The notes under the pieces: model-generated
Told to the model about the DNA's origin: nothing
Database searches by the model: none
The model's input: only the letters and a program-made list of their open reading frames with translations
Shown: positions 24,566 through 32,445 of the stretch, piece after piece
Layout: every line of letters begins with the position of its first letter
Numbering within the stretch: the first letter of the stretch is position 1
Source of the DNA: an uncultured Myxococcales bacterium
Lineage (GTDB): Bacteria > Myxococcota_A > UBA9160 > SZUA-336
NCBI GenBank assembly: GCA_964566375.1
Contig: CAZMKX010000002.1
Coordinates: forward strand, 1-40,471
Reading direction: 5' to 3'
DNA length: 40,471 bases
Made by a program: the position numbers and the translations under genes

Positions 24566-25678
24566 ATGAATTCTGCACGAGACGTGATCGAAGCCGACCT
24601 CGCAGGGCTGCGCGCGGCGCTCGCGACGGAGCTTCCGGCGCTCGCAGGCAAGCACGTCCTGATCGTCGGCGGCGCCGGCTTCCTCGGCTACTACCTGGTG
24701 CAGACCCTGACCTCCGCGAACCGCGCGGGTGCCGTCCCGACACCGATTCGCGTCACCGTCTGGGACAGCTTCGCGCGCGGCGAGCCCGCGTGGCTCTCGG
24801 ATCTCGCGCGCGAAGGGTCGGTCACGCTGACCCGGCGCGACGTGACGCATCCGATCGGCGCCGACGTTCCCGACTTCGACTACGTCGTGCACGCGGGCTC
24901 GATCGCCTCGCCGACCTACTACAAGCGCTTTCCGATCGAGACGATGGACGCGAACGTGAACGGGCTGCGGAACCTGCTCGAGTACGCGCGCCGCCAGGCG
25001 GATCGCGGCCGGCCGGTCGCGGGCTTCCTGTTCTTCTCGTCGAGCGAGATCTACGGCGATCCGCCGCCCGAGGCGATCCCCACGCCCGAGACGTACCGGG
25101 GCTTCGTGTCCTGCACGGGGCCGCGCGCGTGCTACGACGAGTCCAAGCGCTTCGGCGAGACGCTCTGCGTGAACTTCGCGCAAGCGCACGGCGTGCGCGT
25201 CGCGATGGCCCGGCCGTTCAACAACATCGGCCCCGGGCTGAAGATCAGCGATCGGCGCGTCCTGCCCGACTTCGCACGCGACGTCCTCGCCGGCCGCCCG
25301 ATCCAGATGCTGTCGGACGGCGGACCGCGCCGCACCTACTGCTACGTCGGCGACGCGATCGCGGGCTACTACAAGATCCTCGTCCGCGGCCGGCCGGGTG
25401 AGCCCTACAACGTCGGTGTCGAGTCCCCCGAGATCTCGGTCGCCGAGCTCGCCGAGCGCGTCGCGCGGATCGCCGGGTCGCTCTTCGGATACAAGGAGAA
25501 GGTCGTCCGCGCGAAGTCCGAGGACGCGACCTATCTCGAGGACAACCCCGTCCGCCGCTGTCCCACGATCGCCAAGGCGCGGACCGAGCTCGGCTACGCG
25601 CCGCGCATCGAGCTCGACGACGCGCTCCGGCGTTCGCTGCTCTGGTACCGCGACAACCCGAGCGCCGGGGACCAGTGA
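24566..25678 (+). CDS. Extended SDR, UDP-glucuronate decarboxylase (UXS)/ArnA-C-terminal-like NAD-dependent epimerase/dehydratase
   Basis: VLIVGGAGFLGYYL (GxxGxxG), FFSSSEIYGDP and CYDESKRFGE (YxxxK), as in the UXS family (STSEVYGDP / YDEGKR). Only the last 370 codons of the 811-aa track ORF are credible. ATG at 24566. Confidence 0.8.
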   Translation: MNSARDVIEADLAGLRAALATELPALAGKHVLIVGGAGFLGYYLVQTLTSANRAGAVPTPIRVTVWDSFARGEPAWLSDLAREGSVTLTRRDVTHPIGADVPDFDYVVHAGSIASPTYYKRFPIETMDANVNGLRNLLEYARRQADRGRPVAGFLFFSSSEIYGDPPPEAIPTPETYRGFVSCTGPRACYDESKRFGETLCVNFAQAHGVRVAMARPFNNIGPGLKISDRRVLPDFARDVLAGRPIQMLSDGGPRRTYCYVGDAIAGYYKILVRGRPGEPYNVGVESPEISVAELAERVARIAGSLFGYKEKVVRAKSEDATYLEDNPVRRCPTIAKARTELGYAPRIELDDALRRSLLWYRDNPSAGDQ

Positions 25679-27012
25679 TGCGGGTCTCGATCGTCGGCTC
25701 CGGCTACGTGGGGCTCGTGACCGGTGCGTGTCTCGCAGAGAAGGGTCACGACGTGATCTGCGTCGACCTCGACGCGGAGCGCGTCGCGCAGATCAACCGC
25801 GGCGCGTCGCCGATCTTCGAGCGCGGGCTGGACGAGCTCCTGGCGCGACACGCGGGCAAGCGACTCGTCGCGACGACCGATCTGCGCCGCGCCGTCGCCG
25901 ACAGCGAGCTGTCGCTGATCGCGGTCGGCACGCCGTTCGACGGTCAGGCGATCGACCTGCGACTGGTCGAGCGCGCGACGCGCGAGCTCGGCCTGGCGAT
26001 CCGCGCGAAGGCCGCCGACCACGTCGTGGTGGTGAAGAGCACCGTCGTACCGGGAACCACCGAGCGCATCGTTCGACCGTTGCTCGAGACCGCGGCCGGA
26101 CGGAGGGTCGGCGACGGGCTGGGCCTGGGCGTGAACCCTGAATTCCTCACCGAGGGCGAGGCCGTCGGGGACTTCATGGAGCCCGACCGGATCGTGATCG
26201 GCGCGAGCGACGCACGCACGCGCGAGGCGCTCGTGCGGCTGTACGCGGAGTTCCCGGGCGCCGAGACGGTGCTGACCAACAACTCCACCGCCGAGATGAT
26301 CAAGTACGCATCGAACGCGCTGCTCGCGACGCTGATCTCGTTCTCCAACGAGCTCGCCAATCTCGGCGCGGCCATCGGCGACATCGACACCGTCGACGTG
26401 AGCCGGGGCCTGCGCGCGAGCCGCTATCTCGCCTGCCCTCTCCCCGATGGCGGCACGAGCGTCGCGCCGATCTTCTCGTTCCTGCTCGCCGGCTGCGGCT
26501 TCGGCGGCAGCTGTCTGCCGAAGGACGTGGCGGCGCTGCACGCCGAGGGCCGCCGCCGCGGCCTGCCGATGGCGGTGCTCGAGGCGGTCCTGCGCGTGAA
26601 CGCGAGCCAGCCCGGCGAGGTGATCCGCAGGCTCGAGAAGCACTTCCCGGACCTCGCGGGGAAGCGCATCTCGATCCTCGGGCTGTCGTTCCGCCCCGAC
26701 ACCGACGACCTGCGCGAATCGCCCGCCATCCCGATCGTGCGCGAGCTCGCGGCGCGCGGTGCGCGGCTCGCTGGCTACGACCCGGCCGCGGCGGAGCACG
26801 CGCGCGCTCTGTTCGGGGACACACTCGAGATTCGGGGGTCGCTGGAGGCGGCGCTGCGCGACTGTGACGCGGCGGTCCTGGTCACGCGCTGGCGCGAGTT
26901 CGAGGCGGTGCCGGACCTCGTCGCACGCCTGAACCCCGGCTTGCTCGTCGTCGACGGCCGCAGGATGCTGCCCAAGGAGCGCCTCGCGCGCTACGAGGGA
27001 ATCGGCGTGTGA
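25678..27012 (+). CDS. ugd: UDP-glucose/GDP-mannose dehydrogenase family (UDP-glucose 6-dehydrogenase-like)
   Basis: VSIVGSGYVGLVTGACLAEKGHDVICVDLD, NPEFLTEG and the catalytic Cys in GFGGSCLPKDV. The ATG overlaps the upstream stop (TGATG). An in-frame GTG at 25675 is the alternative. Confidence 0.9.
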   Translation: MRVSIVGSGYVGLVTGACLAEKGHDVICVDLDAERVAQINRGASPIFERGLDELLARHAGKRLVATTDLRRAVADSELSLIAVGTPFDGQAIDLRLVERATRELGLAIRAKAADHVVVVKSTVVPGTTERIVRPLLETAAGRRVGDGLGLGVNPEFLTEGEAVGDFMEPDRIVIGASDARTREALVRLYAEFPGAETVLTNNSTAEMIKYASNALLATLISFSNELANLGAAIGDIDTVDVSRGLRASRYLACPLPDGGTSVAPIFSFLLAGCGFGGSCLPKDVAALHAEGRRRGLPMAVLEAVLRVNASQPGEVIRRLEKHFPDLAGKRISILGLSFRPDTDDLRESPAIPIVRELAARGARLAGYDPAAAEHARALFGDTLEIRGSLEAALRDCDAAVLVTRWREFEAVPDLVARLNPGLLVVDGRRMLPKERLARYEGIGV

Positions 27013-28322
27013 GACCGTTCAGCCTCGAGGATCTCGCTGCGCGACTCGGCATCGGCGACCCGGGCGACGAGATGCACGCGCTGATCCGCGAGCTGTATCC
27101 GCTCCCACGCAGCGTGACCGGGAACGGGGTACGCGACACGCTGCGCATCCTCGGCCGGAGTCTTCCGCTCGCGGTGCGGGAGACGCCGAGCGGCACTCCC
27201 GTGCTCGACTGGGTCGTTCCTCCCGAGTGGAACGTGCGCGAGGCGTGGCTCAAGGGCCCGGACGGCGCGATCGTCGCAGACCTGCGCAGGTCGAGCCTTC
27301 ACGTGCTGGGCTACAGCGTACCGGTGCGGGCGAAGCTGTCGCGCGCCGAGCTCGAACCGCACCTGCACTCGCTGCCCGAGCACCCGGACTGGATTCCGTA
27401 CCGGAGCTCCGTCTATCGCGAGGACTGGGGCTTCTGCCTGCCGCACCGGCAACGGGTCGCGCTACCCGACGGTGAGTACGAGGCATTCATCGACGCGGCG
27501 CTCGGACCGGGAAGCCTCACCTACGGCGAGGTGGTGCTGCCGGGTACGAGCGCCGACGAGATCCTGCTCTCCAGCCACGTGTGTCATCCCGCGCTATGCA
27601 ACGACAATCTCTCGGGCATCTCGCTTCTGTCACTGCTCGGGCGCTATCTGGAACGCGTCGGTCACCGGCACACGTTCCGGCTCTTGTTCGCGCCCGTCAC
27701 GGTCGGCGCGATCACCTGGCTCGCGCAGAACGAGAAGAACCTCGCGCGCGTCCGGCACGGGCTGGTCGTGACACTGGTGGGCGACACGGGTCCGATCACG
27801 TACAAGCGAAGCCGTCGCGGCAACGCCGTGATCGACCGGGCCTTTGCCCACGTCCTGTCCCACCGGGGTCCGCACCGGCTTCGCGACTTCGATCCGTTCG
27901 GATACGATGAGCGGCAGTTCTGCTCTCCGGGCTTCGATCTGCCGATGGGTTGCCTGATGCGCACACCGCACGCCGAGTTCCCCGAGTACCACACCTCGGC
28001 CGACGACCTCGACTTCGTGAAGCCGCACGCGCTGCGGGACTCGCTCGGCGCCGTGCTCGGCGTTCTCGACGTCCTCGAGCACGACGGCCGCTACCGGAAC
28101 CTGCAGCCGAAGGGCGAGCCACAGCTCGGCCGCCGTGGCGTGCTCGGCAGCGCGCCGTGGGGAGGCGAGCTGCAGCGCGCGATGGCGTGGGTGCTGAGCT
28201 TCTCCGACGGCCGCTTCAGCCTGCTCGAGATCGCCGAGCGCGCGCGGCTGCCCTTCACGTCGATCCACGAAGCCTCGAGCGCGCTCGTCGCACACGGCCT
28301 GCTGCGACGGGTCGAAGGGTGA
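27009..28322 (+). CDS. DUF4910 / aminopeptidase-like domain protein (COG4310-type) with C-terminal winged-helix-like tail
   Basis: LYPLPRSVTGNGVRDTL.., VPPEWNV, SSHVCHPALCNDNLSGI, FAPVTVGAITWL, YDERQF and EYHTSADD. This motif pattern matches the polysaccharide-locus-associated aminopeptidase-like family. The start overlaps the ugd stop. Confidence 0.7.
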   Translation: MRPFSLEDLAARLGIGDPGDEMHALIRELYPLPRSVTGNGVRDTLRILGRSLPLAVRETPSGTPVLDWVVPPEWNVREAWLKGPDGAIVADLRRSSLHVLGYSVPVRAKLSRAELEPHLHSLPEHPDWIPYRSSVYREDWGFCLPHRQRVALPDGEYEAFIDAALGPGSLTYGEVVLPGTSADEILLSSHVCHPALCNDNLSGISLLSLLGRYLERVGHRHTFRLLFAPVTVGAITWLAQNEKNLARVRHGLVVTLVGDTGPITYKRSRRGNAVIDRAFAHVLSHRGPHRLRDFDPFGYDERQFCSPGFDLPMGCLMRTPHAEFPEYHTSADDLDFVKPHALRDSLGAVLGVLDVLEHDGRYRNLQPKGEPQLGRRGVLGSAPWGGELQRAMAWVLSFSDGRFSLLEIAERARLPFTSIHEASSALVAHGLLRRVEG

Positions 28323-28329
28323 CCTCGCG

Positions 28330-29130
28330 ATGAAGGTCGTGCTGTTCTGCGGCGGCCTGGGTCTGCGCTTCCGCGGCGTCGCGGAGAACGTGCCCAAGCC
28401 GATGGTTCCGATCGGCTACCGGCCCGTGCTCTGGCACGTGATGAAGTACTACGCCCATCACGGGCACACCGACTTCATCCTCTGCCTGGGCTACAAGGCC
28501 GACGCGATCAAGAGCTTCTTCCTGAACTACGACGAAGCGATCTCGAACGACTTCGTGCTCTCCGGCGGCGACAAGGGCATCGAGCTCCTGCACCGCGACA
28601 TCGACAAGTGGCGAATCACGTTCTGCGACACCGGGCTCACGACCAGCATCGGCCAGCGCCTGCGCGCGGTGCGCAAGCACCTCGAAGGCGAGGAGTACTT
28701 TCTCGCGAACTACTCGGACGGCTTGACCGACCTGCCGCTGCACGACTTCAGCCGGCGATTCCTGGCCAGCGGAAAGACCGCGGCGTTCGCGTTGGTCCGA
28801 CCGACGCACAGCTTCCACGTCGTGACGATGCGCGAGAAGGACCTGGTCGCCGACATCCGCGACCTCGCCGTCTCGGACATCCGCATCAACGGCGGCTACT
28901 TCATGTTCCGCCACGACGTCTTCGACTACATCCGGCCGAACGAAGAGCTCGTCCACGAGCCGTTCCGCCGGCTGATCGACGCCAATCAGCTCGTCGCCTA
29001 CGAGCACCCGGGATTCTGGACGTGCATGGACACGTTCAAGGACCAGCAGCGCCTCGAGGACTTGTTCGGCTCCGGGCACGCGCCCTGGGAGCTCTGGCGC
29101 GAGCGCTCTCCGGACGACGACGGAACGTGA
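28330..29130 (+). CDS. rfbF: Glucose-1-phosphate cytidylyltransferase
   Basis: MKVVLFCGGLGLRFR..NVPKPMVPIGYRPVLWHVMKYYAHHGHTDFILCLGYK..FLNY..NGGYFMF..GFWTCMDTFKD. The RfbF signature runs over the full length, 266 aa. Confidence 0.9.
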   Translation: MKVVLFCGGLGLRFRGVAENVPKPMVPIGYRPVLWHVMKYYAHHGHTDFILCLGYKADAIKSFFLNYDEAISNDFVLSGGDKGIELLHRDIDKWRITFCDTGLTTSIGQRLRAVRKHLEGEEYFLANYSDGLTDLPLHDFSRRFLASGKTAAFALVRPTHSFHVVTMREKDLVADIRDLAVSDIRINGGYFMFRHDVFDYIRPNEELVHEPFRRLIDANQLVAYEHPGFWTCMDTFKDQQRLEDLFGSGHAPWELWRERSPDDDGT

Positions 29131-29140
29131 CGGCGGAGAA

Positions 29141-30052
29141 ATGGGCGTTTCGATCGTCATTCCCTGCTACAACGGCGGTCGCTACGTCCGCGAGGCGGTC
29201 GAGTGCGCGCTCCGCCAGACGATCCCGCCCGAGCAGGTGATCGTCGTCGACGACGGGTCGAAGGACGATTCGGTTCGCGTGGCGTCCTCGGTCGCGGGTG
29301 TGCGGGTGATCTCGCAGGAGAATCGGGGCGCCAGCCTGGCCCGGAACCGCGGGCTCGCCGAGGCGACGGGCGAGTACGTGATCTTCACCGACCACGACGA
29401 TCGACTTCTGCCCGACGCGATCGAGATCGGCCTTCGCGCCTTCGCGCAGCACCCCGAGAGCGGCTTCGTTTACGGCTTCCACCGCTCGATCGACATGCTC
29501 GGCCGTCCCGCGCCCGACATCGTCCGTCGCCACGTGGCGGACGCGAGCTACCGCCGCACGCTCGAGGGCGACACCCTGGTTCCGCCCGGCTGCGCGATGT
29601 TCCGGCGCGAGGCGCTCGACGCGGTCGGCGGCTTCCACGACGGGACCTTCCCTACCGAGGACTACGATCTCTACCTGCGCGTCAGCCGCTCGGCGCCGAT
29701 CTTCTGCCACAACCAGGTGGTGATCGAGTATCGCTGGCACGGCGAGAACGCGAGCGGTGTGAGTCCGAGCCGTGGACTCCGGTCCGCGATCCGGACTCTG
29801 GAACGGCAGCGCGACTTCGTGCGGGGAAACGCCGAGCTCGAGCGCGCGCTCGAGACGGGCAAGCGCCACTGGGGTCACGTGTTCGGCCCGGGCGTGGCGT
29901 TCGAGGCGGTCCAGCAGCTTCGCGACGGCGAGCTCGGCACTTCCCTGGCGACGCTCGCGCTCGCGCTGCGCTGGCATCCGCGCGGCCTCCTGGACGTCGC
30001 GATTCATTTCGCGCGCCGCGCCGGGGGAGCCCGGCCCGCGAGCGATCCCTAG
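29141..30052 (+). CDS. Glycosyltransferase family 2
   Basis: VSIVIPCYNGGRYVREAVECALRQT, VVDDGSKDDS, RGASLARNRG and FTDHDD (DxD). Confidence 0.9.
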   Translation: MGVSIVIPCYNGGRYVREAVECALRQTIPPEQVIVVDDGSKDDSVRVASSVAGVRVISQENRGASLARNRGLAEATGEYVIFTDHDDRLLPDAIEIGLRAFAQHPESGFVYGFHRSIDMLGRPAPDIVRRHVADASYRRTLEGDTLVPPGCAMFRREALDAVGGFHDGTFPTEDYDLYLRVSRSAPIFCHNQVVIEYRWHGENASGVSPSRGLRSAIRTLERQRDFVRGNAELERALETGKRHWGHVFGPGVAFEAVQQLRDGELGTSLATLALALRWHPRGLLDVAIHFARRAGGARPASDP

Positions 30053-31164
30053 AAGCGCGCACCGCAGGCATCGGCGGGGATCATTGCGCGCTCGACGAGC
30101 CGCGCCGCGATCGCTTGCGCGACGAAGCGGTTTCCCGCGGAGGAATAGTGCCCGCCCGGGCCGCGCTCGAGCGTCGCGGGCTGGAAGAGTGCGCGCCGCT
30201 CCGGGTCGGGCACGCGGCTCATCTCGTCGGAGAGATCCGCGAACGCCAGACCGTCGGCGCTGACGCGCGCGAGCGCCGCCGCGCCGAAATCCGGGAGCGG
30301 CGCGAGCGAATCGGGCCGCGCGGCCTCGAGGTGCGGAAGGTGCACGAGCAGCAGCTCCGTCCCGCGCTTCGCGGTGACCGCGTGCAGCGCGCGGAAGACC
30401 GCCTCGTCGACGCGCTCCGCGCCCGCGTCGTCGAGGCGTTGGCCGGGCACGGGCGCGGGCTTCGCGAAGTGCGCCCGGATGGCGCGGGGCAGCTCGACGA
30501 CCCGGAGTGTCTCGAGCAGGGACAGGTTCTGGGTGACTGCCGGAAGCAGATACGGCGCGCGCGGAACCGGAACGTTGGACGGGACCAGCACGCCGTCGAC
30601 GATCTCGAGGACGGGCTTCCCGTAGCCGGCCATGCGGTCCATCTGCACGCGCTTCAGGTCGTCCTCGATGAATGCCAGGACCAGCACCTGGTGCTCGAAG
30701 GCGGTGCCGTCGCGCAGGTACCAGAGATAGCTCTGGTCGATGCCGTAGCCCGACTGGCCCATGTTGGGAACTTCGAGCCCCGGACAGAGCCGCTCGAGCC
30801 AGGCCGGCCAGGAATCCGCGTCCCCGACGTCGTAGCCGAGGGTGAACGAGTCGCCGAGCGCGACGACGCGGGTCTTGCCCGGGGGCACCGAGTCCGCGAG
30901 CTCCGACGCGTTCCGGAAGCCGCGCGCGTTGGTCGTGACGTCGAGTCCGGGACCGAAGACGTCCCTTGCGACCGTGCTCTTTGCGTTCGACCAACCGAGC
31001 TCCGGGTCGTAGACGGTGTGCGCGCGCTCCGGAAGCGGCCTCCAGTAGTGCATGCGCGCCCACCAGACGAAGTACGCCAGGCTCGCCGCGCCTTCGACCA
31101 GCGCGAAGACGAGCCCCACCGCGAGCAGGCCCGAGAGCACGCGGCGGACGCGGGGCAGCTTCAT
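30049..31164 (-). CDS. Membrane-anchored SGNH-like protein, AlgJ/AlgX-like (SGNH-6)
   Basis: ATG at 31164. Single TM (LSGLLAVGLVFALVEGAASLAYFVWW). Contains TNARGFRNA and VVALGDSFTLGYD (block I). Block III is degenerate (FIEDDLKRV). Block V is PGGHYSSAGN. Confidence 0.7.
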   Translation of the reverse strand: MKLPRVRRVLSGLLAVGLVFALVEGAASLAYFVWWARMHYWRPLPERAHTVYDPELGWSNAKSTVARDVFGPGLDVTTNARGFRNASELADSVPPGKTRVVALGDSFTLGYDVGDADSWPAWLERLCPGLEVPNMGQSGYGIDQSYLWYLRDGTAFEHQVLVLAFIEDDLKRVQMDRMAGYGKPVLEIVDGVLVPSNVPVPRAPYLLPAVTQNLSLLETLRVVELPRAIRAHFAKPAPVPGQRLDDAGAERVDEAVFRALHAVTAKRGTELLLVHLPHLEAARPDSLAPLPDFGAAALARVSADGLAFADLSDEMSRVPDPERRALFQPATLERGPGGHYSSAGNRFVAQAIAARLVERAMIPADACGARF

Positions 31165-31314
31165 CGCCGCAGCTTATCCCGTCTCTCACGGGCTTTGCGC
31201 CGCGCGGGCCGGAGCGTCAGGATCTGACCCGGGAAGCGCCTTCAAGGGAACGCCCGTCCCGTCCGTTCTACGAGGCGTGGCGCGAATCGCCGGAACTCCG
31301 CGGAGCAATCGAGC

Positions 31315-32205
31315 ATGAAGCGCCGCTACGTCGTCATTACGCCCACGCGCGACGAGGAGACGACCGTCGAACGCACGATCCGGTCGATGCTCGCGCAAAC
31401 GGTGCCGCCGGAACGGTGGGTGATCGTGAACGACGGCTCGACGGATCGGACGCGCGAGATCGTCGCGCGCCACCTCGAGGAGGCGCCCTGGATGCGCCTC
31501 GTCGACCGCGCCGATCGCGGCTTTCGCGCGCTCGGCGGCGGTGTCGTGCAGGCCTTCGACGAAGGGCTCGCCCAGGTGGGGACGGATTGGGACTTCGTCG
31601 TCAAGCTCGACGCGGATCTCGAGTTCGCGCCCGACTACTTCGAGCGCATGCTCCGCCACTTCGACGCGAATCCGAAGCTCGGCATGGCGAGCGGCAAGAC
31701 CTTCCTCGTCAAGGACGGCGTGAAGTCGATCGAGTACTGCCACGACGAGCACGTGCGCGGTCCGGCGAAGATGTACTCCGCGGCGTGCTTCCGCGCGATC
31801 GGCGGGCTCGAGGCCGTGCGCGGTTGGGACATGATCGACGAGACCAAGGCGCAGATGGCGGGCTTCGAGACGCGCAGCTTTCTCGAGGACGAGATCATCC
31901 ACCTGCGCCCGATCGACGGCCGGCAGGCGAACGTGCTGCGCAGCCGGTACGAGATGGGTCGGCTGTACTGGTACCTCGGCTACTACTGGCTGTACCACCT
32001 GGTGCGCGCGGCGCGCAGCACGCTGCAGGACTATCCGCGCCCGCTGGGCGGTCTGATGCTCCTGGCCGGCTACCTCGCCGCGGCCTTGTCGCGTGCGCCG
32101 CGATACGACGCGCGCTACGTCGCCTTCGTTCAGGAGCGACAGCGCCGCCGGCTCAGCCTCGCGCATCTCCGCGACTTCGTGCAGGCCACCGCCGCCCGTC
32201 GCTAG
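31315..32205 (+). CDS. Glycosyltransferase family 2 (with C-terminal membrane-associated segment)
   Basis: YVVITPTRDEETTVERTIRSMLAQT, VNDGSTDRT, KLDADLEF (DxD). C-terminal hydrophobic stretch LYWYLGYYWLYHL..LGGLMLLAGYLAAAL. Confidence 0.85.
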   Translation: MKRRYVVITPTRDEETTVERTIRSMLAQTVPPERWVIVNDGSTDRTREIVARHLEEAPWMRLVDRADRGFRALGGGVVQAFDEGLAQVGTDWDFVVKLDADLEFAPDYFERMLRHFDANPKLGMASGKTFLVKDGVKSIEYCHDEHVRGPAKMYSAACFRAIGGLEAVRGWDMIDETKAQMAGFETRSFLEDEIIHLRPIDGRQANVLRSRYEMGRLYWYLGYYWLYHLVRAARSTLQDYPRPLGGLMLLAGYLAAALSRAPRYDARYVAFVQERQRRRLSLAHLRDFVQATAARR

Positions 32206-32445
32206 CGAGCGCTCGGCCACCAGCGGCGCTCCGGCGCTTCGCTCGCTCCCGGCTCATCTGCTAGCGTTCCCGTCGTTCCGATGGCCCGTGTGCGACACGA
32301 GCTTGGTTCAGCGCCACCGGCAATTCGTCCGAACAGTGCGGAGTGACGGTCACCCGGCGCGCGCGAGGGCAGGAGAAACCGTGAGAGTCCGCTGCGAGCC
32401 GACGACCGACGTCCGCCGTGCGCGGTACCAGCGAGTGTCCGGCGC

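Noticed and set aside
32365-32445. Possible cobalamin or c-di-GMP-I riboswitch core upstream of the dprE1-like gene.
   Set aside because: The resemblance is only partial (..AGGGCA..CGTGAGAGTCC..GCGAGCC..). The B12 box (GCCACTG) and the GEMM-I ACGCAAAGCC/tetraloop-receptor elements are not present as such. I kept it only as a low-interest item to be settled by cmscan.
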